A stretch of DNA of 64,000 bases. Origin: an uncultured Desulfobacterales bacterium. Its GTDB lineage: Bacteria; Desulfobacterota; Desulfobaccia; Desulfobaccales; 0-14-0-80-60-11. This document shows positions 18,227 through 25,548 of this stretch, in pieces. The stretch covers positions 184,057-248,056 of the forward strand of contig CAYZOP010000003.1 in NCBI GenBank assembly GCA_964480485.1, read 5' to 3'. The notes beneath the pieces were generated by a model that saw only the letters and a list, made by a program, of their open reading frames with translations, was not told the origin of the DNA and made no database searches. How positions within the stretch are numbered: the stretch's first letter is position 1; each line of letters opens with the position of its first letter. The position numbers and the translations under genes were made by a program.

Positions 18227-19550
18227 ACCAACCCCTTCCTCCCGCTCCCGGGAGCTGTTTCAGGCCGAACTCCCGTATCTCTCCCCGGGGTTCCAGAACG
18301 TGGCCCTGCTGGCCGAACTGGTGCTGGACCGGGGCCGGGGGCGCCACCTGTATGACGTGGACGGCAACCGCTATCTGGACTTCATGGCGGGCATCGGCGT
18401 CTGTTCCCTGGGTTACAGCCACCCGGCCTGGGTCAAGGCGGTGAGCGAGCAGGTGGCCAAACTTACGGTGGGGAGCTTCGCCACGGAAAACCGGGGGAAG
18501 TTTTTAAGACGCCTGGCCGAAGTCGCCCCGGGGGAGCTCTCCCAAACCATGCTCTACTCCGGCGGCGCCGAGGCGGTGGAGGCGGCCATCCGCCTGGCCA
18601 AAGCCTACACCGGCAAATTCGAGGTCCTGGCCTTCTGGGGCGGCTTCCACGGCAAGACCGGCGGCGTCCTCGGCCTCATGGGCAGCACCTTCAAGCAGCA
18701 TTGGGGGCCGCTGCATCCCGGCCTCCACCTGGCGCCCTACGCCTACTGCGAGCGCTGCCCCTTCAAGCTCACCTACCCGGGCTGCGGCCTCCACTGCCTG
18801 GACTTCGCCCGGGAGGTCCTCCGGCTGAACACCGCCGGCGCCCTGGCCGCCATCCTGGTGGAGCCGGTGCAGGGCACCGCGGGCAACGTGGTGCCGCCCC
18901 CGGAATTCCTGCCGGGGGTGCTGGAGATCTGCCGGGAGCAGGGGGCGCTTTTGATTGCCGATGAAATGCTCACCGGCTTCGGCCGCACCGGTCGGCTCTT
19001 CGGGTGTGAGCACTTTGGGGTGGTCCCCGACGTCATCACCATAGGGAAGGGCATGGGGAGCGGCTTCCCGGTGAGCGGACTGATCTCCACGCCGGAGATC
19101 ATGCGGGCCAAACCCTACGCCAACCCGTCCGCCGCCTCTTCCAGCTACGGGGGCAACCCCCTGGCGGGCACCGCGGCCTGGATCACCCTGGAGACCCTGC
19201 TGGCCGAAAAGATCGTGGAAAATTCCGCCAAGGTGGGCGACTACCTGCTCCACCGCCTCCTGGAACTCCGGGAACGCTACCCCTTTATCGGCCGGGTGCA
19301 GGGCAAGGGCCTGATGATCGGCCTGGAATTCGTGCGGCACCGGGAGCATGACCGCACCCTGCTCCCCGGCAAGGTCATGGAGGTGGTCTTCAAGGAGTCG
19401 CTGAAGCGGGGCCTGATCAGCATGAACTACACCGCCCAGTTCCGCATCAACCCGCCCCTGACCCTCACCGAGAGCGAGGCCGACGAGGGGGTGCGCATCC
19501 TGGATGAGGTCTTCGCTCTGGTGGAGCGACAGGAACTCCACCGCCGGTGA
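18201..19550 (+). CDS. class-III PLP-dependent aminotransferase
   Basis: LDFMAGIGVCSLGYSHP, ADEMLTGFGRTGRLFG and VITIGKGMGSGFPVSG (PLP lysine). ATG at 18201 with AAGGAG upstream. The gene overlaps the ATP-grasp 3' end by 26 nt. Confidence 0.9.
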   Translation: MSLTPSQTEPTPSSRSRELFQAELPYLSPGFQNVALLAELVLDRGRGRHLYDVDGNRYLDFMAGIGVCSLGYSHPAWVKAVSEQVAKLTVGSFATENRGKFLRRLAEVAPGELSQTMLYSGGAEAVEAAIRLAKAYTGKFEVLAFWGGFHGKTGGVLGLMGSTFKQHWGPLHPGLHLAPYAYCERCPFKLTYPGCGLHCLDFAREVLRLNTAGALAAILVEPVQGTAGNVVPPPEFLPGVLEICREQGALLIADEMLTGFGRTGRLFGCEHFGVVPDVITIGKGMGSGFPVSGLISTPEIMRAKPYANPSAASSSYGGNPLAGTAAWITLETLLAEKIVENSAKVGDYLLHRLLELRERYPFIGRVQGKGLMIGLEFVRHREHDRTLLPGKVMEVVFKESLKRGLISMNYTAQFRINPPLTLTESEADEGVRILDEVFALVERQELHRR

Positions 19551-19703
19551 GGCTGAGAATGGCTGGGGCGGGGGGAACCGGACCCCCCCTGCCCTGAAAC
19601 TCCCTGCAAGGGGCTGGGGGAGCGGTTTGGAAAGGGGGAAGGGGTCTGGGGCCCTGGGCCCCCGCTCCCCCCTTAGGTTCATCATGGTTTTCAGGATTTG
19701 GAG

Positions 19704-20744
19704 ATGTCGCCGCCTGTCCCTGAGCAACCTCTGACCGGCGCACTGGTGGGCTTCGGCAAGGTGGCGGAGATGGCCCATCTGCCGGCGTTTCAGGCCACCC
19801 CGGGCTTCCGCCTGGCCGCCGTGGCTGATCCTCTGCCTGAGCGCCGGGCCCGGGCCCGGGAGCTGCTGCCCGATATCCCGGTCTATCCCGACCAGGCCGC
19901 GCTCCTGGCGGGCCAGGCCCCCCTGGATTTCGTGGACCTCTGCACTCCGCCCGCCGACCATTCCCCACTGGCCCTGGCGGCCCTTGCCGAAGGCTGCCAT
20001 GTCCTCTGCGAAAAGCCGCTGACTCTTAATCTTTCGGAACTGGCCGTTCTGGCCGACGCGGCCGCAGCCCGCGGCCGGGCCCTGGTGACGGTGCACAACT
20101 GGAAATACGCCCCCATCATCGCCACCGCCCTGGATTGGCTCAGGGCCGGCGCAGTGGGGGAGGTGAGGCACCTGGAATGGGAGGTGCACCGCACCTCGGG
20201 CAGCGGCGGCGGCCTTACCGACTGGCGTCAGCAGGGGGGGAGCAACACCGGGGGCATCCTGGTGGACCACGGCTGGCATGCCTTTTACCTCCTCCTGGGC
20301 TTGGCCGGGGCCGCGCCCCAGGCGCTCAGGGCCAGGATGGCGCCCCTCCCCGAGGCGCCCCGGGGGGTGGAGCACGAGGCCGAGGTGGACCTGAGATTCC
20401 CCGGCGCCCGGGCCCGCCTCTTTCTCACCTGGCGGGCTGCGGTCCGGCGCAATTGGGGCAGGGTGGCGGGAACCACGGGGGAGCTGGTGCTGGACGACGA
20501 CCGGCTTATTCTCCGCCGGGCCCATCAGCCGGAGGCAGTGCAGCGGTTTCCGGAGAAATTGAGCGGCGGCTCCCACCACCCCCAATGGACCTTGGGCGCC
20601 TTGGAGGAGTTTGCCGGCGAAATCCGGGAGCCCGGCCGCCGGGGGCGGAATCTGGCGGAAGCTGCGGCCTGCGCCCGCCTCATCGACCTGGCCTACCGCT
20701 CCCATGCCGCCGGCGGGGCTTGGCAGGACTATCCCTCCGGATGA
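19704..20744 (+). CDS. Gfo/Idh/MocA family oxidoreductase
   Basis: GALVGFGKVAEMAHLPAF (Rossmann fold) and GCHVLCEKPL (EKP motif). Confidence 0.85.
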   Translation: MSPPVPEQPLTGALVGFGKVAEMAHLPAFQATPGFRLAAVADPLPERRARARELLPDIPVYPDQAALLAGQAPLDFVDLCTPPADHSPLALAALAEGCHVLCEKPLTLNLSELAVLADAAAARGRALVTVHNWKYAPIIATALDWLRAGAVGEVRHLEWEVHRTSGSGGGLTDWRQQGGSNTGGILVDHGWHAFYLLLGLAGAAPQALRARMAPLPEAPRGVEHEAEVDLRFPGARARLFLTWRAAVRRNWGRVAGTTGELVLDDDRLILRRAHQPEAVQRFPEKLSGGSHHPQWTLGALEEFAGEIREPGRRGRNLAEAAACARLIDLAYRSHAAGGAWQDYPSG

Positions 20745-21715
20745 AACTGCGCCTGGATTTCAATCTCCTGGCGGGCTGCCTGGGGGCCCTGGTGCTGGCG
20801 GTCCTGCTGTACCGCCTGGGGCCGGCCGCGGTTCTGGCGGAACTTGGCCGGGTGGGCTGGGGCTGGGCCCTCATCATCGGCCAGGAAATCCTGCCCATCC
20901 TGGCCAACACCTGGGGGTGGCACTGCACCTTCCTCAAGCCCCTCCGCCAGGTTCCCCTGGGGCGTCTGTTCCGCATGCGCCTGGCCGGAGACGGCTTCAA
21001 TTATCTCATCCCCAGCGCCACCCTGGGGGGAGAGGTTCTCCGCGTCAACCTCCTGCGCCGGGAGATGGCCGTGGGGGCCGCCGCCGCCTCGGTAACCGTG
21101 GCCAAATTCACCCAGTTCCTGGGCCAGGCCCTCTTCATCGCCTTGGGCCTGATGTTGGCCGCGCCCTTTGCCCCCCTAAAGCCCGGTCTCCTGCCGGTGC
21201 TCTGGGCCCTCCTGCTGGGCTGCGTCATCTTTCTGGGGCTGGTGCTCCTGGGCCTGTGGCGGGGGATGTTTTCCCGGCTCACCCGCCTGCTCCTGGCCTG
21301 GCTGCCGGCGCGGCTCAAGGGCTACCTCCCGGTGGACCAGGCGGCGGAGCTGGACCGGGACATTTCCGCCTTCCTCAGGGACGACCAGCCCGCCTTCTGG
21401 GCCTCCACCCTTAGCTTCGGCCTGGCTTGGGCGCTAGGCTCCGTGGAGGTGCTCCTCATCTTTTATTTCTTAGGGCTGCCGCCGGACCTGGCCACCGCCG
21501 TCACGGTGGAGACCTTGAGCGTCTTCATCGACGCGCTGCTCTTCTTTGTGCCCGGGAAGCTGGGCACCCAGGAGGGCGGCAAGGTCCTTATCTTCATAAG
21601 CCTGGGCCTGCCGCCGGTCTCCGGCCTGGCTTTCGGCCTCATCCGCCGGATCCGGGAGCTCACCTGGGCCGGCCTGGGCGTGGCCTGCCTGTTTACCTTT
21701 CGGGAAGACCGTTAA
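20741..21715 (+). CDS. UPF0104 / lysylphosphatidylglycerol-synthase-TM-like (flippase-like) membrane protein
   Basis: The ATG at 20741 overlaps the oxidoreductase stop (ATGA). MKLRLDFNLLAGCLGALVLAVLLYRLG... is polytopic, and FFVPGKLGTQEGG is typical of the family (from memory). Confidence 0.75.
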   Translation: MKLRLDFNLLAGCLGALVLAVLLYRLGPAAVLAELGRVGWGWALIIGQEILPILANTWGWHCTFLKPLRQVPLGRLFRMRLAGDGFNYLIPSATLGGEVLRVNLLRREMAVGAAAASVTVAKFTQFLGQALFIALGLMLAAPFAPLKPGLLPVLWALLLGCVIFLGLVLLGLWRGMFSRLTRLLLAWLPARLKGYLPVDQAAELDRDISAFLRDDQPAFWASTLSFGLAWALGSVEVLLIFYFLGLPPDLATAVTVETLSVFIDALLFFVPGKLGTQEGGKVLIFISLGLPPVSGLAFGLIRRIRELTWAGLGVACLFTFREDR

Positions 21716-21882
21716 GGAGCGGGCCGGGAGCGTTGGCCTCCCCGCCCCCCCTCAAACTCCTCTCCCAGTCCCCCAAATTAACCGGGGAAGGCCGGGTCGA
21801 TGACCCTGCCTTCCCCGGTTTCCCATTCAGGATTGGGGGTGGGGGCAAGGGGCCGCACCCTTTACCCCCTCCCCTGTAGGCG

Positions 21883-23034
21883 TTACCGTTCCCTCTTCCC
21901 CTGGATGAATTCCTCCACCCCCTTGGCGGCTTCTTCGTCCGGCATGGTTTCGGGAGGGTGTTTCATGGTGTAGGCGGAGATGGAGGTCAGGGGCCCCCCA
22001 ATGCCCCGGTCCCGGGCCAGTTTGGCGCAGCGCACCGCGTCAATCATACAGCCGCCGCTGTTGGGGGAGTCCTCCACCGAGAGGCGCATCTCCAGATGCA
22101 TGGGGAAACCGCCGAATCCCCGGGCCTCAAGGCGCAGAAAAGCGACTTTGTTGTCCTTCTGCCAGGGCACATAATCCGAAGGGCCTACGTGCAGGTTGTT
22201 GGCCTCGAAATCCGGGGGGAGCAGGGAGCTCACCGCCTCCGTCTTGGAGCGCTTCTTGGTGGCCAGCCGCTCCCGGTTCAGCATGTTCAGGAAGTCGGTG
22301 TTGCCGCCGACGTTGAGCTGATAAGACCGGTCCACCGTGAGGCCCCGCTGCCGGAAAAGGTGCACCAGGGTGCGGTGCAGGATGGTGGCGCCCAACTGGC
22401 TCTTGACGTCGTCCCCCACCACCGGAATCCGGGCCTCGACAAACCGCCTGGCCCACTGGGGGTCGGAAACAATGAAGGTGGGCATGCAGTTGATGAAGGA
22501 GACCCCAGTCTTTAGGCAGCATTCGGCATAATGGCGGGCGGCCTGCTCGGAGCCAACCGGCATGTAGTTGAGCAAGACTTCGGCGCCGCTCTCTTTAAGC
22601 ACCTGGGCCACGTCCACCGGCGGCGCTTCGGCCACGACAAAGGTCTGCTCCGGGGGGTACTGGGCCATGTGCGGGGAATAGCCGTCCAACACCGGGGCCA
22701 TCTGCACGGTTACCGGGATCTCCGGGAAATCTTCAACGATACGGTAACAGCAGTTGGGAGGGGCGAAGATGGCCTCGGAGACCGGCCGCCCCACTTTGCG
22801 GCGGTCGATGTCAAAGGCGGCCACCACCTTCAAGTCACCGGGGGCATAGCCGCCGATATCCGGGTGCATCAGCCCCGGGGGCCATGCTCCGGCCTGACCC
22901 TGAAACCTGCGATAATACTCAATTCCCTGCACCAGGGCGCTGGCGCAGTTCCCCACTCCAGCGATGGCAATCCGGATTTTTCCCACGAGGGCTTCTTTTC
23001 CACAAGGTAAGTGTGCGCGGCGGGACTGACCCAC
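21883..23034 (-). CDS. ino1: myo-inositol-1-phosphate (inositol-3-phosphate) synthase
   Basis: KIRIAIAGVGNCASALVQGIEYY..., a roughly 380-aa prokaryotic MIPS type. The start is uncertain: ATG at 23034 or GTG at 22986. Confidence 0.9.
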   Translation of the reverse strand: MGQSRRAHLPCGKEALVGKIRIAIAGVGNCASALVQGIEYYRRFQGQAGAWPPGLMHPDIGGYAPGDLKVVAAFDIDRRKVGRPVSEAIFAPPNCCYRIVEDFPEIPVTVQMAPVLDGYSPHMAQYPPEQTFVVAEAPPVDVAQVLKESGAEVLLNYMPVGSEQAARHYAECCLKTGVSFINCMPTFIVSDPQWARRFVEARIPVVGDDVKSQLGATILHRTLVHLFRQRGLTVDRSYQLNVGGNTDFLNMLNRERLATKKRSKTEAVSSLLPPDFEANNLHVGPSDYVPWQKDNKVAFLRLEARGFGGFPMHLEMRLSVEDSPNSGGCMIDAVRCAKLARDRGIGGPLTSISAYTMKHPPETMPDEEAAKGVEEFIQGKRER

Positions 23035-23049
23035 CGCCAGGATGGTTCA

Positions 23050-23077
23050 ATAATACTCAAAAATCCCCTTCATGCAA
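23050..23077 (-). promoter_or_regulatory. candidate sigma70-type promoter for the MIPS gene
   Basis: On the reverse strand: TTGCAT (23077-23072), 16 nt spacer, TATTAT (23055-23050). Confidence 0.35.
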
Positions 23078-23298
23078 ACCAAATGTATTCCTTATTTTTT
23101 TAACGCGGCGGTTCTCATGGACGGCTACCGCGGCAGGAAAATCGGGGCGCCCCCCTGTTCCCGCCTCCAGCCGCTGCGGCGCGCTCACCGGAGGTGGCTT
23201 GAAACGAAAACCCCGCAGCAACCAGGTTCAAACCCGGTCGGCGGGGTGCCCCCAAAGGGAGAAAGACTGGAAGGCCTGTTGTTCTGGGAGGCCGAAGT

Positions 23299-24000
23299 TT
23301 ACCGGAGAAGAGGCAGGTCGATGACCTCCCGACGATCTTGCGTCCGTTTCCCGGCCATCGCCGCGACTCGCCGGGGGTTGGCGAGGCGGCCCGGAAACTG
23401 CTCCAGCAGCGTCAGGCAGTCTTCCACCTTGTCAGCCAAACCGACAAAAATCCGGCGGGCGGCTTCGTCCTGCTGAAGAGTCGCCGGATTCCCGGCCAGT
23501 TGCTTCAGTGCTCCAGCCACGGAAAGGAGCCGCTGGTGGCCGACCTTGGCCAGATGGCGCAAGGCAAACCAGGCCCGGAGGTTGTAGGCGGCGGCCAGCC
23601 CCTCAGCCCCGGCCCGGGTGCGGCGATACGACAGGCCCAGGCAACCGGCCACCCGTCGGCCCACTGCCTCCGGGCTGGCCGGGATGACGAGGTAGTCATC
23701 CACCCGGAGGTGAAACACCACGGGAGGCGGAACCTCATCCTCCCTTCCCAAGACCATCACCGCTGGAGCGGGGGCGAGTTCCATGGCCGCTTCCACCACG
23801 GCCAAGCCGGCCGGCATCGCCTTCCCCAGTTCCACTAAGACCACATCGATGGCCTCGCAGCCCATCACTTCCAGGGCGCAGTCCGCCTGGGAGGTAAAAA
23901 GAACCTGATACCCCTGTTCCTGGAGGCTGGCGGCCAGATCCTGGGAAAACTGCGATCTCGCCGCCACCAGCAGAACCTCCGGTTTCCAGAGAGCCCCCAT
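23299..24000 (-). CDS. pseudo-receiver domain protein with helical C-terminal domain
   Basis: The layout is receiver-like, but key residues are replaced: LLVAARSQ instead of DD, VLVELG instead of the phospho-Asp, and YLVIP instead of KP. The C-terminal roughly 130 aa are helical. The start is uncertain (ORF open to 24093). Confidence 0.55.
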   Translation of the reverse strand: MGALWKPEVLLVAARSQFSQDLAASLQEQGYQVLFTSQADCALEVMGCEAIDVVLVELGKAMPAGLAVVEAAMELAPAPAVMVLGREDEVPPPVVFHLRVDDYLVIPASPEAVGRRVAGCLGLSYRRTRAGAEGLAAAYNLRAWFALRHLAKVGHQRLLSVAGALKQLAGNPATLQQDEAARRIFVGLADKVEDCLTLLEQFPGRLANPRRVAAMAGKRTQDRREVIDLPLLR

Positions 24001-24272
24001 TCGGTGACCGCCGCCCATCGAGTGGCTGAGGCCGGCCTGAGGCCTGAGATGGTGCCCGTATCTGGCTTTTCTGCCCGTTCCCTTACGCGTCATGACCTTC
24101 CCTCCTGGAAACCACTGCAGTCATGCCCCGGCTGGACCATGGCGGCCAACTGCAGCCATCCTGGCGTCTGCCGGGGAACGAAGCGGCGGCTTCAGGCCAA
24201 AGCCCATTCAAGGTCTGCCGCCCCGGGGTGGCCGGGAAGAGGCCGCACCCATGGGGCAAGGTCTGCATGCCC

Positions 24273-24791
24273 TCAAAACGGGGTCAGCAGGGGAGAGACA
24301 AACCTGCCCCCGGCCAGAACCTGCCGGATGGCGCCGATGAGGTCCGTATCGGTATCTTCTTTCAACAGATAGCCGTTGGCGCCAGCCTCCAGAGCCTGCT
24401 CACAATACTCCCGGTTGCGGTGCATAGTCAGGACCAACACCTTGATGTCCGGGTGGGCTGCTTTGAGGCGGCGGGTGGCTTCAATGCCCGGCAACCGGGG
24501 CATGGTGATATCCATGATGACGAGGTGGGGGCGGCAGGTTTCCAATAGCGCCAGAAGTTCCAGGCCATCGCGAGCCTCCCCGATGACCTGGAAGTCGGCT
24601 GCACCTTCCAGGAATCGCCTGACCAGCTGGCGAAAGAGCTGGTGATCTTCGGCGATGACAATAGTCCAAGGACGAGGCGCAGCATCTTCAGAGGTTCGGG
24701 CGGGATGCCCTCCAGCACTCATCAGCGTCCCCAAATTTTTCCGGGATGGCTCCATGACTCTTATCTGGGCATCCAGTAGTTCCGTCATCAC
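24273..24791 (-). CDS. stand-alone response-regulator receiver protein (NarL-type REC without HTH)
   Basis: IVIAEDHQLF, HLVIMDITMP, VLVLTMH and GYLLKED retain all receiver catalytic positions. The protein ends where the neighbouring paralog continues into its LuxR HTH. The start is uncertain (24791, 24755 or 24722). Confidence 0.8.
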   Translation of the reverse strand: MMTELLDAQIRVMEPSRKNLGTLMSAGGHPARTSEDAAPRPWTIVIAEDHQLFRQLVRRFLEGAADFQVIGEARDGLELLALLETCRPHLVIMDITMPRLPGIEATRRLKAAHPDIKVLVLTMHRNREYCEQALEAGANGYLLKEDTDTDLIGAIRQVLAGGRFVSPLLTPF

Positions 24792-24900
24792 GTGAGTAGC
24801 CGTATTGTATGGAAAGGGCTCCCGTTGAGTCCATAGTACTTAACGACTATTTTAATGATGAGTAAAACTACTTAGGCCGGAGGGGGGAAGGGCCCGGGAG

Positions 24901-25548
24901 TCAGGTGGCGTAGCCTTTTTGCAGGGCGTAGCGCACCAGGTCGGTGGTCTTTCTCAGATTCAGCTTCCGCATGATGTTGGCCCGGTGATTCTGCACCGTA
25001 CGGTCGCTGATGAAGAGTAGCTCTGCAATCTCTTTGCTGGATTTGCCTTCGGCGATGAGCTTGAGTATCTGCTTTTCCCTCAGCGTCAGCGGCTCGGTCA
25101 GCGACGGCCCCCGGCCCTGATATTCGCTGATGAGCAGGTCCTGGAGGCGGGGGGCCATCAGGGGCGAAAGGTATTTTTCTCCGGATTGGAGGGTCCTGAC
25201 GGCCTGGAGCAGTTCCTGGGAGGCATCCTCTTTGACCAGGTAGCCGTCGGCCCCGTTCCGGAAGGCGTGGTAGAGATATTCCTGTTCCTTGTGCATGGTC
25301 AGCACCAGGACCTTGACGGCGGGGGTCAGGGATTTGATTTCTCCCAGCACCTCCATGCCCCGCATCTGAGGCATGGAGATATCCAGCACCACCAGCTGGG
25401 GGGTGACGGTCTTCAGCAGATTGAGGAGCTCCAGGCCGTTGTTGGCTTCCCCGATGATGTGGACTTCGGGCAGCTCCTCCAGGATCCGCCGGATGCCTTG
25501 GCGGAACATGGGATGATCATCGGCCAAAACGACGGTGACGGGCTTCAT
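24901..25548 (-). CDS. NarL/FixJ-family response regulator (REC + LuxR-type HTH)
   Basis: VVLADDHPMF, LVVLDISMP and GYLVKED, then LTLREKQILKLIAEGKSSKEIAELLFISDRTVQNHRANIMRKL. Confidence 0.95.
   Translation of the reverse strand: MKPVTVVLADDHPMFRQGIRRILEELPEVHIIGEANNGLELLNLLKTVTPQLVVLDISMPQMRGMEVLGEIKSLTPAVKVLVLTMHKEQEYLYHAFRNGADGYLVKEDASQELLQAVRTLQSGEKYLSPLMAPRLQDLLISEYQGRGPSLTEPLTLREKQILKLIAEGKSSKEIAELLFISDRTVQNHRANIMRKLNLRKTTDLVRYALQKGYAT

Noticed and set aside
18504-20705. 733-aa ORF on the reverse strand spanning the aminotransferase and oxidoreductase genes
   Set aside because: It is antisense to two forward-strand genes with clear family signatures. The translation is Gly/Pro/Ala/His-rich low complexity. 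This is a typical GC-driven shadow ORF.
23160-23246. tRNA-like features (ggttcaaaccc T-loop-like motif flanked by cccgcc...ggcggg) between the MIPS and pseudo-receiver genes
   Set aside because: The T-stem has a mismatch. No D-arm or anticodon arm can be folded, and there is no CCA or discriminator context. It is more likely a GC-rich hairpin.
24735-24760. Shared N-terminal peptide MEPSRK in the REC-only protein and in the 960-aa kinase (also at about 28340-28358)
   Set aside because: Only about 14 of 20 nt are identical and the similarity stops after six codons. Neither start codon is established, so this is probably coincidence.
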